From positions 63,007 to 127,006 of the forward strand of contig JBIJBE010000004.1 in NCBI GenBank assembly GCA_044345405.1: 64,000 nucleotides of DNA, given 5' to 3'. Positions 8,849 through 18,017 of this stretch are shown here, piece after piece. Position numbers and translations under genes: made by a program. The stretch's first letter is position 1; every line of letters starts with the position of its first letter. The notes under the pieces are model-generated. The model ran no database searches. It was given only the letters and a program-made list of their open reading frames with translations, and was not told where the DNA came from. This DNA comes from Bdellovibrionota bacterium (GTDB lineage: Bacteria; Bdellovibrionota_C; UBA2361; OMII01).

Positions 8849-9841
8849 CTACGGCGTAGGCTCTCTCGGAATCCGCGCGTCAAAGAGCACCGCCGAAAAA
8901 CCTCCATCATCAGCCTGAGACTCGACAACTCGCGACACAACGATATTGCGAGCGGTGAACACATGCTGACTCCTCTCAAAGCTGAGCGACTCTTTAAGCA
9001 GCTGGGGCACGATTGAGACACCGGAATCAAAGGAGAGCTCCCGCAACCGCAACTGGTCTGGGTACATGTCTACAATCTGAGAGGTCCGCGACGTTCGAAA
9101 CGCTCCGAACACAACACGAGGCTTTGAGGTATATTTGAGCACGCTCGCGAGTCGTCGAGAGGTCAGACGACTTCGAAGAAAATCCTCCTGCTTCCACGGT
9201 GGCAACAGATCGAAAGCGCCAATCTCCAACGGGTATCCATCTCTAGTAAGAAATTCACCCGCGACCCCCGGCAACGCGGCATATCCGTAATCCAATCGAA
9301 TCGGTTCTCGCGGTTGAAGCTTTGAGAGCACCTCTACGACCCTATCCTTCGATGGAAGAGAAACGAACCGATAAGAAAATTTTTCAGCGACCGGAGCGAG
9401 GATAGGAGCGTCAACGTAACGGGTAAGAATTATCATCGAGGGACCCTCGACATCGACAAAGGCATTGAGCGCCTCAGCGTGCGCGTTCCCCGAACGCTCT
9501 GAGATATCAACAAAAAGAAACCGCTCTGGAGCGGAGTAGACGAGGTGTGGATAAGATTTTTGCCGCGCGTAAAGATACGGCATCACCATCTGCCCAGTGC
9601 GAGCGATGCACAACACCTGGAGCGCCACGACAGCGACCCGCGCCCAACTCCAGGAGATCGCGCGAAAGCGGGCAATATCGAAGCACACCGCCACGAAGAG
9701 GAGTCCGGTCCACCATAAGGCGGTCGCGCAGATAAGCTCCTGCCACCAGGTTCGGGGATAATTAAAGATGGCGAGCGCCAGGAATGCCGTTCCTAGCAAC
9801 CGGAGCCATTCCCACCCTTTTTTGAGAACCGCGTGTTTCAT
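8849..9841 (-). CDS. membrane-anchored endonuclease/exonuclease/phosphatase (EEP)-fold protein with degenerate active site
   Basis: Three N-terminal TM segments, then EEP-like strand order: PSMIILTR (vs PDxxxLQE), PRVVFGAFR (vs PxIVxGDFN), SQHVF (vs IDHVF). Confidence 0.6.
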   Translation of the reverse strand: MKHAVLKKGWEWLRLLGTAFLALAIFNYPRTWWQELICATALWWTGLLFVAVCFDIARFRAISWSWARVAVVALQVLCIARTGQMVMPYLYARQKSYPHLVYSAPERFLFVDISERSGNAHAEALNAFVDVEGPSMIILTRYVDAPILAPVAEKFSYRFVSLPSKDRVVEVLSKLQPREPIRLDYGYAALPGVAGEFLTRDGYPLEIGAFDLLPPWKQEDFLRSRLTSRRLASVLKYTSKPRVVFGAFRTSRTSQIVDMYPDQLRLRELSFDSGVSIVPQLLKESLSFERSQHVFTARNIVVSRVVESQADDGGFSAVLFDARIPREPTP

Positions 9842-9960
9842 GACCAGAGAGAGAGTGTGTGAAGACGAAGGGACGCATCGTACAGGAAGGCACTACCATG
9901 TGGATATGCCACGGGACAATCAAAGAAACAGAGAATTATCCCTCACGGTCGCATTCACCC

Positions 9961-9984
9961 ACGTAAACGTAAACGTGAACGTAC
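9961..9984. repeat. short tandem hexamer repeat (ACGTRM x4)
   Basis: ACGTAA ACGTAA ACGTGA ACGTAC in intergenic DNA. Confidence 0.7.
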
Positions 9985-10056
9985 ACCAAGCACGAGGCAA
10001 TGCTGAGGAAAGACAACTGCTGTATAAGCCGGGGAATTACTACGCGATGACGCGAA

Positions 10057-10425
10057 CTACTCGTTCCAGTTCAGGACACCCTTCTTCCACACGTAAATGA
10101 GACCGACAACGAGCACCGCCATGAAGGAGAGCATCTGCGCGAGCGCGAACATCCCCATTTGCTCTAGGATGACTGCCCAGGGATACATGAAGATGACCTC
10201 GATATCGAAGAGGATGAACAGCATCGCCACAAGGTAGAAGCGAATACTGAACCGCTGCTCACGGACCGAACCAACTGGAATAGCACCACACTCCCATGGC
10301 ATCTGTTTGGTCTTGGTGACCTTCTTCGGCCCAAGAAACGAAGCGAGCATCACCATGGTCAGGAGAAAACCTCCGGCTGCGACGGTGAGGAGTAAGATTC
10401 CCAAGTACGGGTTCAATTCACTCAT
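10057..10425 (-). CDS. nuoA: NADH-quinone oxidoreductase subunit A
   Basis: K.MPWECG, RFSIRFYLVAMLFILFDIEVIFMYPWAV, LIYVWKKGVLNW. Confidence 0.95.
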   Translation of the reverse strand: MSELNPYLGILLLTVAAGGFLLTMVMLASFLGPKKVTKTKQMPWECGAIPVGSVREQRFSIRFYLVAMLFILFDIEVIFMYPWAVILEQMGMFALAQMLSFMAVLVVGLIYVWKKGVLNWNE

Positions 10426-10477
10426 GCATACCTACCTATAACGTCCCCCCCACCGTTTGATGGGGTGAGAGAAAAAA

Positions 10478-10551
10478 CGCACCCGAGAGGATTCGAACCT
10501 CTGACCACCCACTTAGAAGGCGGGTGCTCTATCCAGCTGAGCTACGGGTGC
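10478..10551 (-). tRNA. tRNA-Arg (anticodon UCU), CCA not encoded
   Basis: Minus strand GCACCCG TAGCTCAGCTGGATAGAGC A CCCGC-CTTCTAA-GTGGG TGGTC AGAGG-TTCGAAT-CCTCT CGGGTGC G forms a full cloverleaf. Confidence 0.95.
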
Positions 10552-11068
10552 CCAAGTCACACAGCGCAGGACAACCGCTGTGTCAGAGTAGCGCAGCCTT
10601 TGGAGAAGGAACTGCTCAACTGCTCGAATGTATTGCATGGAGAGGAGACATTCAACTCTTGAACCACACCAAAGATCTCATAAAAAGATCGCGCGCCACG
10701 AGCTGCTCTTTCGAGTGCCCGAAGAGGTGTGGCAGCCCCTCAGAATCCCTTTCTGAGCGATATCAGGCCCAAAAGGGTCTTTTCGTCCGCGTTGACCGCA
10801 CAATAAACATAGCGGTTTCAATTACTTAAGAAGATAGAACATCCCTTGAAGCAAAGCTCCCATAACTAAAGATTATAGGATAGAACAGCACCAGACCGTT
10901 GGAAGGTTCTCAGCACACCTTTCGATGATCGACGTACTGATTCACGAGGAGGGAATTACCTTCCTGGCGAGTTGAGGTATGATGCCGGCTTCATTTTTTT
11001 GAAGAGCTCGCGTTGTATCAGAAAGTACAAAGGCGCAGTTCAATTTTACGTTGTAGGTAGGCCCAACC

Positions 11069-12877
11069 ATGTCACTTCCGAATCCAAAAAAACGGAAGAT
11101 ATTTGACGGTCGCTACGAAGTCATCTCCATAGTTGGACGTGGCCTCGACAGCGTGGTCTACCATGCTCGCCACCTCAGTGGCGCGCAGCAAGAGGTTGCC
11201 CTCAAGGTACTCGTTAACAACAAACCAAAAAGTTCAATGACAGAGCGACTCCGCAAAGAGGCGCTCACACTGGTCTCGTGTCGACACAAGTATGTCGTTC
11301 GGCTCGATGATTTCCACTCAGTAGCTGACCTTTGCTACCTCTCCATGGAATACGCGGCGCTTGGAGATCTCCGTAAATATATCACCGCGCAGGGTGCGCC
11401 ACTATCGCCGGAGCTTGGCGCGGAATTTCTCCGTCAATCTCTTGAGGCGATGGAGTTCATTCACGCCACCGGCGTGCTCCATCGAGATATCAAGCCAGAC
11501 AATATCCTTGTCATCACAGAGAAAGAGATACGCCTCGCCGACTTCGGTCTAGCGCTCCTCCCAGGAGACGAACTCGATCTTGAAGAGCTCCAGAACGGTG
11601 TAGGATCCCTCTCATACCTCCCACCCGAGATGCTTGAGGGACGGTTCTACGATTCACGCTCCGATCTCTATTCGCTTGGCGTCTGCTTCTACGAGGCGAT
11701 GGCTGGGGTTCACCCATTTGAGAACGCTCCTTTGAGTGAGCAGCAAAACGCTAGGCTGGATCGAAATATCAAGCCACTCCATGAGATCAACCCGCTCGTT
11801 CCTCGGAACGTATCGGCCGTTGTGGCGTCTCTGATGAGACACTCCGTTGAGCAACGGTTCCAAACCGCGATGGAAGCGCTCCGCGCCCTTTCGAACACGG
11901 CCTTTGATGGTGCGTCATCAACCTCAACAGATTCAGCGGATCTTGAGGAGACCTCCTCATTCACATCAAACGATGATGTCGCGACCTCAACCAGCGTCGC
12001 CTCTGGTGGCGCAGGATATACTCCCGCCAATGTTGACGAGCCACTGGATTCTTACAGCGACGACTTCGACGACTTCTTCAAAGACACCGAATACAGCTCC
12101 GCGGCTACGCCCGGACTCTCTTCTCACACAGAGCCGGAAGAGGCGTCAGAGGACACTCAGGAGATGAGCGCTCAACGAGTTCAACAGCTGATCGACCAAG
12201 ATTCGAAAAAGAAAGCGACAGCGGCCCTTCGGAATTCATTCGTGGTGACACCCCCCTCCTCTGAACAAGATTCGCCAGCCCCGTGGTCAGTGGACAAGAA
12301 GCCAACGCAAGGCAAGACGCCGTCTCCGAAGGATGAGGAGGATCTTCCGGGCGTCACCATCAAGAGCCCAGGTATTATTGCGACTCTTATGACGATGCAT
12401 CCGCTCATTCGCACACTGCTTGTTGGAGGGGTGGCCGCTCTCGTCACCATCGGTTTAGTAGTGGTCTCACAAGTCAAACCGGCCGCCATCCTGACAAGCG
12501 TAACCTCGTCCATCGAGGCCACTGAGAACCTCTCTCAGGACGCCGTCGAGACTGAGGGGGATACCCTCTTTCCGAACCTTCCAGCGGGCACCTTCGCGGG
12601 AACGATTTATGGAATTCTTCCCAACGTCACAACACCTCTGGCCCTTATCTCCCGTCCGGAGCAAAATGAGATCACCGTCGTGATTGGAGTCGAAGGATGG
12701 ACGCCAACCACGGTATCTACGAAACTCGGCGAGAACTCCTCCTCAACGATAGTAGTTCGCTCCAACAGCGTACTCTTGAACATGACTGGCTCAGGCTCCT
12801 CAAGCGAAGTAGAAGGTACATTTACGAACGCTATAACCGGGGAAACCGGGGTATGGAGCGTCAAGAAGCTTTCATGA
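11069..12877 (+). CDS. Hanks-type Ser/Thr protein kinase with acidic linker, TM helix and C-terminal extracytoplasmic domain
   Basis: RYEVISIVGRG, VALK, LRKEA, HRDIKPDN, DFG, YLPPE, SDLYSLG. TM segment LLVGGVAALVTIGLVVV. Confidence 0.92.
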   Translation: MSLPNPKKRKIFDGRYEVISIVGRGLDSVVYHARHLSGAQQEVALKVLVNNKPKSSMTERLRKEALTLVSCRHKYVVRLDDFHSVADLCYLSMEYAALGDLRKYITAQGAPLSPELGAEFLRQSLEAMEFIHATGVLHRDIKPDNILVITEKEIRLADFGLALLPGDELDLEELQNGVGSLSYLPPEMLEGRFYDSRSDLYSLGVCFYEAMAGVHPFENAPLSEQQNARLDRNIKPLHEINPLVPRNVSAVVASLMRHSVEQRFQTAMEALRALSNTAFDGASSTSTDSADLEETSSFTSNDDVATSTSVASGGAGYTPANVDEPLDSYSDDFDDFFKDTEYSSAATPGLSSHTEPEEASEDTQEMSAQRVQQLIDQDSKKKATAALRNSFVVTPPSSEQDSPAPWSVDKKPTQGKTPSPKDEEDLPGVTIKSPGIIATLMTMHPLIRTLLVGGVAALVTIGLVVVSQVKPAAILTSVTSSIEATENLSQDAVETEGDTLFPNLPAGTFAGTIYGILPNVTTPLALISRPEQNEITVVIGVEGWTPTTVSTKLGENSSSTIVVRSNSVLLNMTGSGSSSEVEGTFTNAITGETGVWSVKKLS

Positions 12878-13473
12878 TCGGTAGGCGTATGGCCGCGTGG
12901 CGACAACGAATACAAAACGTACGAGCGAACGCTCTCATTATCGCGCTAGGATCGCTCGCCCTCGTATCGAATAGCTCTACCGCGCGAGCGGAGGACGTCA
13001 CTCCTCCGGTAGTCCTTCAGCACAAGCCGATGGAGACCCATCAACTTCCACAAGCTGGAACGCTCATGCCGGTCTCTGTCTCGATCGCGAACTCAAGCGA
13101 CGTCGACGTCAAGATTAGACTTGTGGGATCCCGAGATGGGCGTTTTATGGATATCGCGTTCCCGATGGGAGTCCTGAACGAAACGGATCGACCGACCTAC
13201 ACGATTAACGTACCCGCTCCCGTAGCGGCGATCTCGTACCAATTCGTGATTCACCAGAAATCTGGCGATCTGACCCTCACCGACAAGTACATCATCAAGC
13301 GCAACTGCGTACAAAATTTCAAGGTCGAGGTTCCAGAAACGATTCCATCAGCGGAATACCGCAAGGAGGTCGCTACCCTGGTCGCGAAGGCGCGCTCCCT
13401 AGAGCGAGATACTCGCAACCTCGACACAGCAATCAAGTTACTCGACACCTTAAAGAAGGACATTCCGGAGTAA
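12874..13473 (+). CDS. hypothetical exported protein (beta domain plus C-terminal coiled coil)
   Basis: ATGA overlap with the kinase stop. Signal-like ALIIALGSLALVSNSSTARA|E. Confidence 0.75.
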   Translation: MIGRRMAAWRQRIQNVRANALIIALGSLALVSNSSTARAEDVTPPVVLQHKPMETHQLPQAGTLMPVSVSIANSSDVDVKIRLVGSRDGRFMDIAFPMGVLNETDRPTYTINVPAPVAAISYQFVIHQKSGDLTLTDKYIIKRNCVQNFKVEVPETIPSAEYRKEVATLVAKARSLERDTRNLDTAIKLLDTLKKDIPE

Positions 13474-13481
13474 CAAACCTT

Positions 13482-14168
13482 ATGAACGCCTCCTCCGTTT
13501 TCTCTTTTTTCCTCGCTTCGCTCGCCGGCGCGCTCTCTTTAACGCTTCACATTCAGGAAGGCTACACCCAGGCGTTGCCCATAACCGAACCCCTCACAGT
13601 GAACGTGAGAGTCGAGGCAAAGCCTGAACCCAAGAAAGCTATCGGCATGGTCCTCTCAGCTGGAAGAGCCGTTGAGATTCAAGAGACAACTATCAAGAAG
13701 ATCGGCGAGAAACTCTACCTCATCAGCTTCGTTGTCGATCGCAATATCGTCCGTAAGGATAGCGTCGCGACGGCGATGGCGTTCGATGAGAACGGGACCG
13801 TGACCTTCGCCAACGTGAGCCCAGAGCTTCTCTCCGAGAGCAAAACACTTATCTCGCACATTCCGGAGTGCCCCGCCGAGGATCCTTCAGCGGTCGTTAA
13901 GCTGGACCAGCAAGGACCTCTAGAGCAGCTCGTCGATGTACGCTCTGAGCGAGCGGAGATAGCTCGTTTGAAGATATCACGAATGCTCGACGAAGATTTC
14001 CTCTCGAAGCTCCAGCGCTTTGAGGACGCGTTCGGATTAGACAAGACGGAGGAGCTCAACGCGAACCTTCCTCCAGAGGTATTGGTAGATAGACTTTCCC
14101 GCATCACACACGCGGTCAAAAAATATCGCATGTTCAAAAAAGCGCCTACGCCAACGCCCGCTCAGTAG
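13482..14168 (+). CDS. hypothetical exported protein (beta domain plus helical C-terminus)
   Basis: Hydrophobic N-terminus. Starts 8 nt after the preceding stop. Confidence 0.75.
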   Translation: MNASSVFSFFLASLAGALSLTLHIQEGYTQALPITEPLTVNVRVEAKPEPKKAIGMVLSAGRAVEIQETTIKKIGEKLYLISFVVDRNIVRKDSVATAMAFDENGTVTFANVSPELLSESKTLISHIPECPAEDPSAVVKLDQQGPLEQLVDVRSERAEIARLKISRMLDEDFLSKLQRFEDAFGLDKTEELNANLPPEVLVDRLSRITHAVKKYRMFKKAPTPTPAQ

Positions 14169-14192
14169 CGGCGATCGCTTCCGGGGCACCTC

Positions 14193-15158
14193 GTGACAGA
14201 AGCACCACACTCCGAAATCCCGAAAATGCCTCCCGTCGATCTGGCGCGGGTCAATGCCACCTTACGAACCCAGTACTGGTGCTTCATCCTACGAACTCCT
14301 CAGGACGGCCCCGCCTCGCTTCTTGAACTCTTACGTGAGCGCCTTCCTCATATCGATCAAACGTCATGGAATGAGCGTTTTGATTTCGGCGGGGTGTACG
14401 TCAACGGTGTCGAGGCGCTCAACGACATGCCCCTTCCCCTACCCGTAAAAGTTGAGTACTACGAGCCCAAATTTCCCATCGCGGAGGCGCGCTCGCAATT
14501 CTCCCCGTTTCTCTCTGAGTACATACTCTTTCACGACGACGCCATCGCGGTGGTGTATAAACCCCCGCACCTCTCGAGCATGCCAGCGAAGGAGCAACGC
14601 CACTTCAGCCTGAAGGTGGCGGTTGAGCGAGAGCTTGGCCGTACCATTCACATGCCCTCTCGGCTTGACGTTTCGGCGCAGGGGCTGGTTGTGGTCAGCA
14701 CCTCGTCAGCCGCCCACGCGGGACTCCAGCGGGCTTTCGAAACGAGGACGGTGCGAAAAACGTACCGCTTCGCGTCTCATCACAGAAGCGCGTGGAATGA
14801 GAAGCTTGTTGAGTTCGCCATCGCGGTCTCACGAGAGCACCCTGTGTTGCGTGTCGCCACCATCAACGACGGTCAACCGGCGCAAACTCAGATGGCCTAC
14901 TCCCATGCAGCGCTCATAGAGGGCGCGCCCTCTCAGATTTACACCGCGCGTCCAATTACCGGTCGAACCCACCAGATCCGTGTGCATGCCGCCGCGAGTG
15001 GACTGCCTCTCCTTGGTGATAATTTTTATGGAGGCGCTCCCGCTCCGTACCTGCACCTCGTGAGCTGCGCGCTCTCCCTCCCTCATCCAATCTCGGGAGA
15101 GACGCTCACGTGGGAGATTCCAGCTCGACTCGCCCCCGCGTGGGTGCACGCCGCCTAA
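14193..15158 (+). CDS. RluA-family pseudouridine synthase
   Basis: VVYKPP, SRLDVSAQGL (catalytic Asp), V.KTY, PITGRTHQIRVH, LLGDNFYG, LHL...L.LPHP.SG. Confidence 0.88.
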   Translation: MTEAPHSEIPKMPPVDLARVNATLRTQYWCFILRTPQDGPASLLELLRERLPHIDQTSWNERFDFGGVYVNGVEALNDMPLPLPVKVEYYEPKFPIAEARSQFSPFLSEYILFHDDAIAVVYKPPHLSSMPAKEQRHFSLKVAVERELGRTIHMPSRLDVSAQGLVVVSTSSAAHAGLQRAFETRTVRKTYRFASHHRSAWNEKLVEFAIAVSREHPVLRVATINDGQPAQTQMAYSHAALIEGAPSQIYTARPITGRTHQIRVHAAASGLPLLGDNFYGGAPAPYLHLVSCALSLPHPISGETLTWEIPARLAPAWVHAA

Positions 15159-15170
15159 ATTCCCGGTGGA

Positions 15171-15590
15171 GTGACGCCTTTTTTTGCCCTATCCTGTTTA
15201 GGTATGGGCACTCTCTTTGAAGTAATCCTCGTGGCGTGTGGCGGCGCGTTCGGCGCGACATCGCGCTTTGTGGTAGGGCGATTAAGCGATACCTACTTTA
15301 CCTCGTTCAAATTTCCGCTCGCGACTCTCATCATTAATATCGTTGGATGCTTCGCTATAGGGTACGTCGCCGAGATATCCGCTCGGGGCGCGCTCTCACC
15401 ACACATTCGTCTTCTCATCGTGACTGGCATTCTCGGAGGCTTCACAACGTTCTCCGCGTTTGGATTAGAAACCATCTCGCTGCTTCGTTCCGGGCACCTG
15501 GGGATGGCGCTCACCTACGTCGCCACCAGCGTCATCGGTGGATGTCTCGCGACCTACGCGGGAATCCTTCTTCTTACTCCGCGGCCGTAG
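15171..15590 (+). CDS. crcB: fluoride efflux channel Fluc/CrcB
   Basis: GGAFGA..RF, FPLATLIINIVGCF.IG, TGILGGFTTFSAF. Alternative ATG at 15204. Confidence 0.93.
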   Translation: MTPFFALSCLGMGTLFEVILVACGGAFGATSRFVVGRLSDTYFTSFKFPLATLIINIVGCFAIGYVAEISARGALSPHIRLLIVTGILGGFTTFSAFGLETISLLRSGHLGMALTYVATSVIGGCLATYAGILLLTPRP

Positions 15591-15821
15591 GACACAGACC
15601 TACGCCAAGGGCTCCTCGATCGGGCGCCGCAAGAGATAAGTCACGAAAAAGGCTCGTGAGTGATCGACGTCATAGCTCGAACGGCCATGCCCGTTATCAA
15701 GAAAGTTATTGTTTAGTTTCTGACTGTTATCCATTATCGTGATCGCCGTCAGAATGACGGTGGTATGGGACGATTGACCTGTTGACGCCCCCGCTTCTGG
15801 TTCACTTCAAGGAGAGTAAGT

Positions 15822-16955
15822 ATGACCACTAAGGTGTTGGTAGTAGAAGATGAGGGTGTTGTAGCGTTGGATATCACCCAGGAACTTGAATCCGCTGGAT
15901 ACTCCGTTGTGGGGCATGTCATTACCGGCGAAGCGGCCGTCGCTAAAGCTGGGGAGCTACGACCCGATGTCATCCTGATGGATATTCATCTTCAAGGAGA
16001 GCTCGACGGCATCGCGGCCGCTGAGCAGATCTCCACTCGATACAACATCCCGATCATCTTCGTAACGGCGCACGCGGATGAGGCCACCCTCCAACGCGCC
16101 AAGCTGACCAGACCCTACGGCTACGTCATCAAGCCATTCGAACCGAATGAGCTGAGAGCTAACATCGAGATTGCGCTTCACCGATACAAGGCGACCCCAC
16201 ATGTCGAAGAGGAGCCCGAGGCGCTCGTCATCCACGCGCAAGAAGGGGTCACCCTTCCGAGCGGGGTTGATGAATTTAAGTATGAGGCCATTCAATCCGT
16301 CGCGGTTTTCGAGGGGCTCCCTCAAAAAGATCTCCAAGACCTCACTAATTGCGCCGTCATCCAAGACATCGCGGCTGGTGAATTTATCTCGATGGATGGA
16401 GAGCGCCCAAATTTTGGTTTCATGGTACTCTCCGGCCGTTTGGCGGTTATTAAATCAACGACGCAAGGAAAGGAGCTCACGATCGACCTTCTGATTCCCG
16501 GTGATTGCACTGGAATTCTCCGCGCGCTTGATCCACTAGAGACAGACACCTCGATCCGCGGACAGGTAGACGCTCGAGTCCTCGCTATCCCGACCGCCAG
16601 TCTTCGAGCCGTCATAGAGAAGAACCCAGTTGTGTACCGACGAGTCGCTGTCGAACTCATGAATCGAAATCGACGCTCAAACGATCTCGCGCTCGGATTA
16701 GCGCACTCACGCGTCGAGAGCAGAATTGTCGCGGCCCTTCTCGCGCTCGCTCCTCGATTCGGTCGGCCAACAAGTTCTGTGGATCAAACACGAATCTTTT
16801 TGACCAGAAAAGAGTTAGCGGACTTGACCGGAACAACCCCTGAGACCGCTATCCGCGTAACGAAGAATCTTGAGCGTGAGGGACTTCTTGATCTCACCAA
16901 GCCTGGCGTGATCAAGATCCTTTCGCTCGATCAACTGAAGAACGTGGCCGAGTAA
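15822..16955 (+). CDS. response regulator receiver fused to a cNMP-binding/Crp-family HTH regulator
   Basis: REC motifs VLVVEDE, PDVILMDI, IIFVTA, KPF. Crp part: beta-roll followed by LTRKELADLTGTTPETAIRV. AGGAGAG RBS. Confidence 0.88.
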   Translation: MTTKVLVVEDEGVVALDITQELESAGYSVVGHVITGEAAVAKAGELRPDVILMDIHLQGELDGIAAAEQISTRYNIPIIFVTAHADEATLQRAKLTRPYGYVIKPFEPNELRANIEIALHRYKATPHVEEEPEALVIHAQEGVTLPSGVDEFKYEAIQSVAVFEGLPQKDLQDLTNCAVIQDIAAGEFISMDGERPNFGFMVLSGRLAVIKSTTQGKELTIDLLIPGDCTGILRALDPLETDTSIRGQVDARVLAIPTASLRAVIEKNPVVYRRVAVELMNRNRRSNDLALGLAHSRVESRIVAALLALAPRFGRPTSSVDQTRIFLTRKELADLTGTTPETAIRVTKNLEREGLLDLTKPGVIKILSLDQLKNVAE

Positions 16956-16977
16956 CCTCGCGCTCCATGATAGCCCT

Positions 16978-17007
16978 CACGAGGAGCGCACCCGCTCCTC
17001 GTGCTTT
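16978..17007 (+). terminator. probable intrinsic terminator
   Basis: 11-bp perfect stem CACGAGGAGCG-cacc-CGCTCCTCGTG followed by CTTT, just after the REC-Crp stop. Confidence 0.5.
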
Positions 17008-17061
17008 GGGCTAAGCCCTGCTACGATCGTTTAAGTTAATTAAAACTAAGCGGGGTTCAGT

Positions 17062-17271
17062 ATGGCACAAGAAAATTACGTTGAACGCGTTCTCTCCTCT
17101 CTCTCCTCTCAACCACGAGAGGATCTCCGAGCGCATCTGGCTCACCTTGACGGCATCTTGGAGCAAATCAACAACGTGCCATCACCAGAAAAAGAATCCC
17201 TCCTCGTGGAGCTCATCCTCAAAGGTCACGATAAACCTTCTCAACAGAATATCACTCAGTCCTCCGTGTGA
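17062..17271 (+). CDS. small hypothetical protein (69 aa)
   Basis: Amphipathic helical ORF with GGGG RBS-like element after an AT-rich promoter-like stretch. Confidence 0.5.
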   Translation: MAQENYVERVLSSLSSQPREDLRAHLAHLDGILEQINNVPSPEKESLLVELILKGHDKPSQQNITQSSV

Positions 17272-17717
17272 GGATCGACCCGTCGGCGTCCGGCCTTCGA
17301 GCGCCCACGGACCTTCTTCTCATCAACACGTCTTCTTTGACTCGCCCGAGTCTTCTTCGTGGGAATCCGTTTCCGTCGTGGACGCAGCGCGTTTCGGAGA
17401 AGCTCATGAAGGCGCTCAACCGCATCCTCTCTATTGAGCGCCTGACTTCGATGCGTTTGACTCGTGATGGCGATAACGCCGTCAGCGTTAAGGTGCTGTA
17501 AAATCGTGGGATGGGTTCCGAGGCGTCCCTTTTGCTCCCATGTCAGCACGGAGGAATTGGTGAAATCGAAGGTCAGGGTCACCTTGGTCTCTACCTTGTT
17601 GACGTTCTGTCCACCGGGGCCACCTGAACGCGCGAATGAAAACCGCAGCTCATGATCTGGAATCACTAACGAGGCGGGCCCTCGAGGGGATGGAGTGCGT
17701 GAGGAAGAGCCATTCAT
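17256..17717 (-). CDS. arfB: alternative ribosome rescue factor ArfB (YaeJ)
   Basis: FARSGGPGGQNVNKVETKV (GGQ motif), RSQALNRE, basic tail RRKRIPTKKTRAS..RR...KK.RG..K. Confidence 0.93.
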   Translation of the reverse strand: MNGSSSRTPSPRGPASLVIPDHELRFSFARSGGPGGQNVNKVETKVTLTFDFTNSSVLTWEQKGRLGTHPTILQHLNADGVIAITSQTHRSQALNREDAVERLHELLRNALRPRRKRIPTKKTRASQRRRVDEKKVRGRSKAGRRRVDPHTED

Positions 17718-18017
17718 ACTGACGGAACGTACCACACGAACGGCCGCCACGCTTGAGGACGCTTAGGGGAGCGACCGTGAAGGAGTTCAAAGATCTGAAA
17801 AAAGGGAGTTTCTCCCCCTTTCCTTCACATAACCTCAGACCTCAGGACTGGAGTCCGCTAACCCCTCATTCTTATTGAGATAACTGCGGATTAAATCCCG
17901 GGTAACCCGTTCCAACCCTCCTCATTCTGTGATACATCGGCTGTCGAGGACCTCGTTGGCCCTCGCGGCTGTGTTGTATGAGCCGACGCACCTTTTATCG
18001 CTCAGGAGTTTATTCGT

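Noticed and set aside
10478-10551. tRNA-Arg as the attachment site of an integrated element
   Set aside because: No integrase is present, and I found no duplicated tRNA 3' end in the window.
10559-10790. Run of small hairpins upstream of the tRNA as an ncRNA
   Set aside because: The stems are 5-8 bp with no recognisable family motif, so I cannot distinguish them from background.
15100-15203. Fluoride riboswitch upstream of crcB
   Set aside because: Only 12 nt separate crcB from the upstream gene, and no GGCGATGG-type consensus is present.
10942-17003. Shared TCACGAGGAG / CCTCACGA words in hairpins at 10942, 16977 and 61324 as a repeat family
   Set aside because: Matches of 8-10 nt are expected by chance in this much sequence, and the rest of each hairpin differs.
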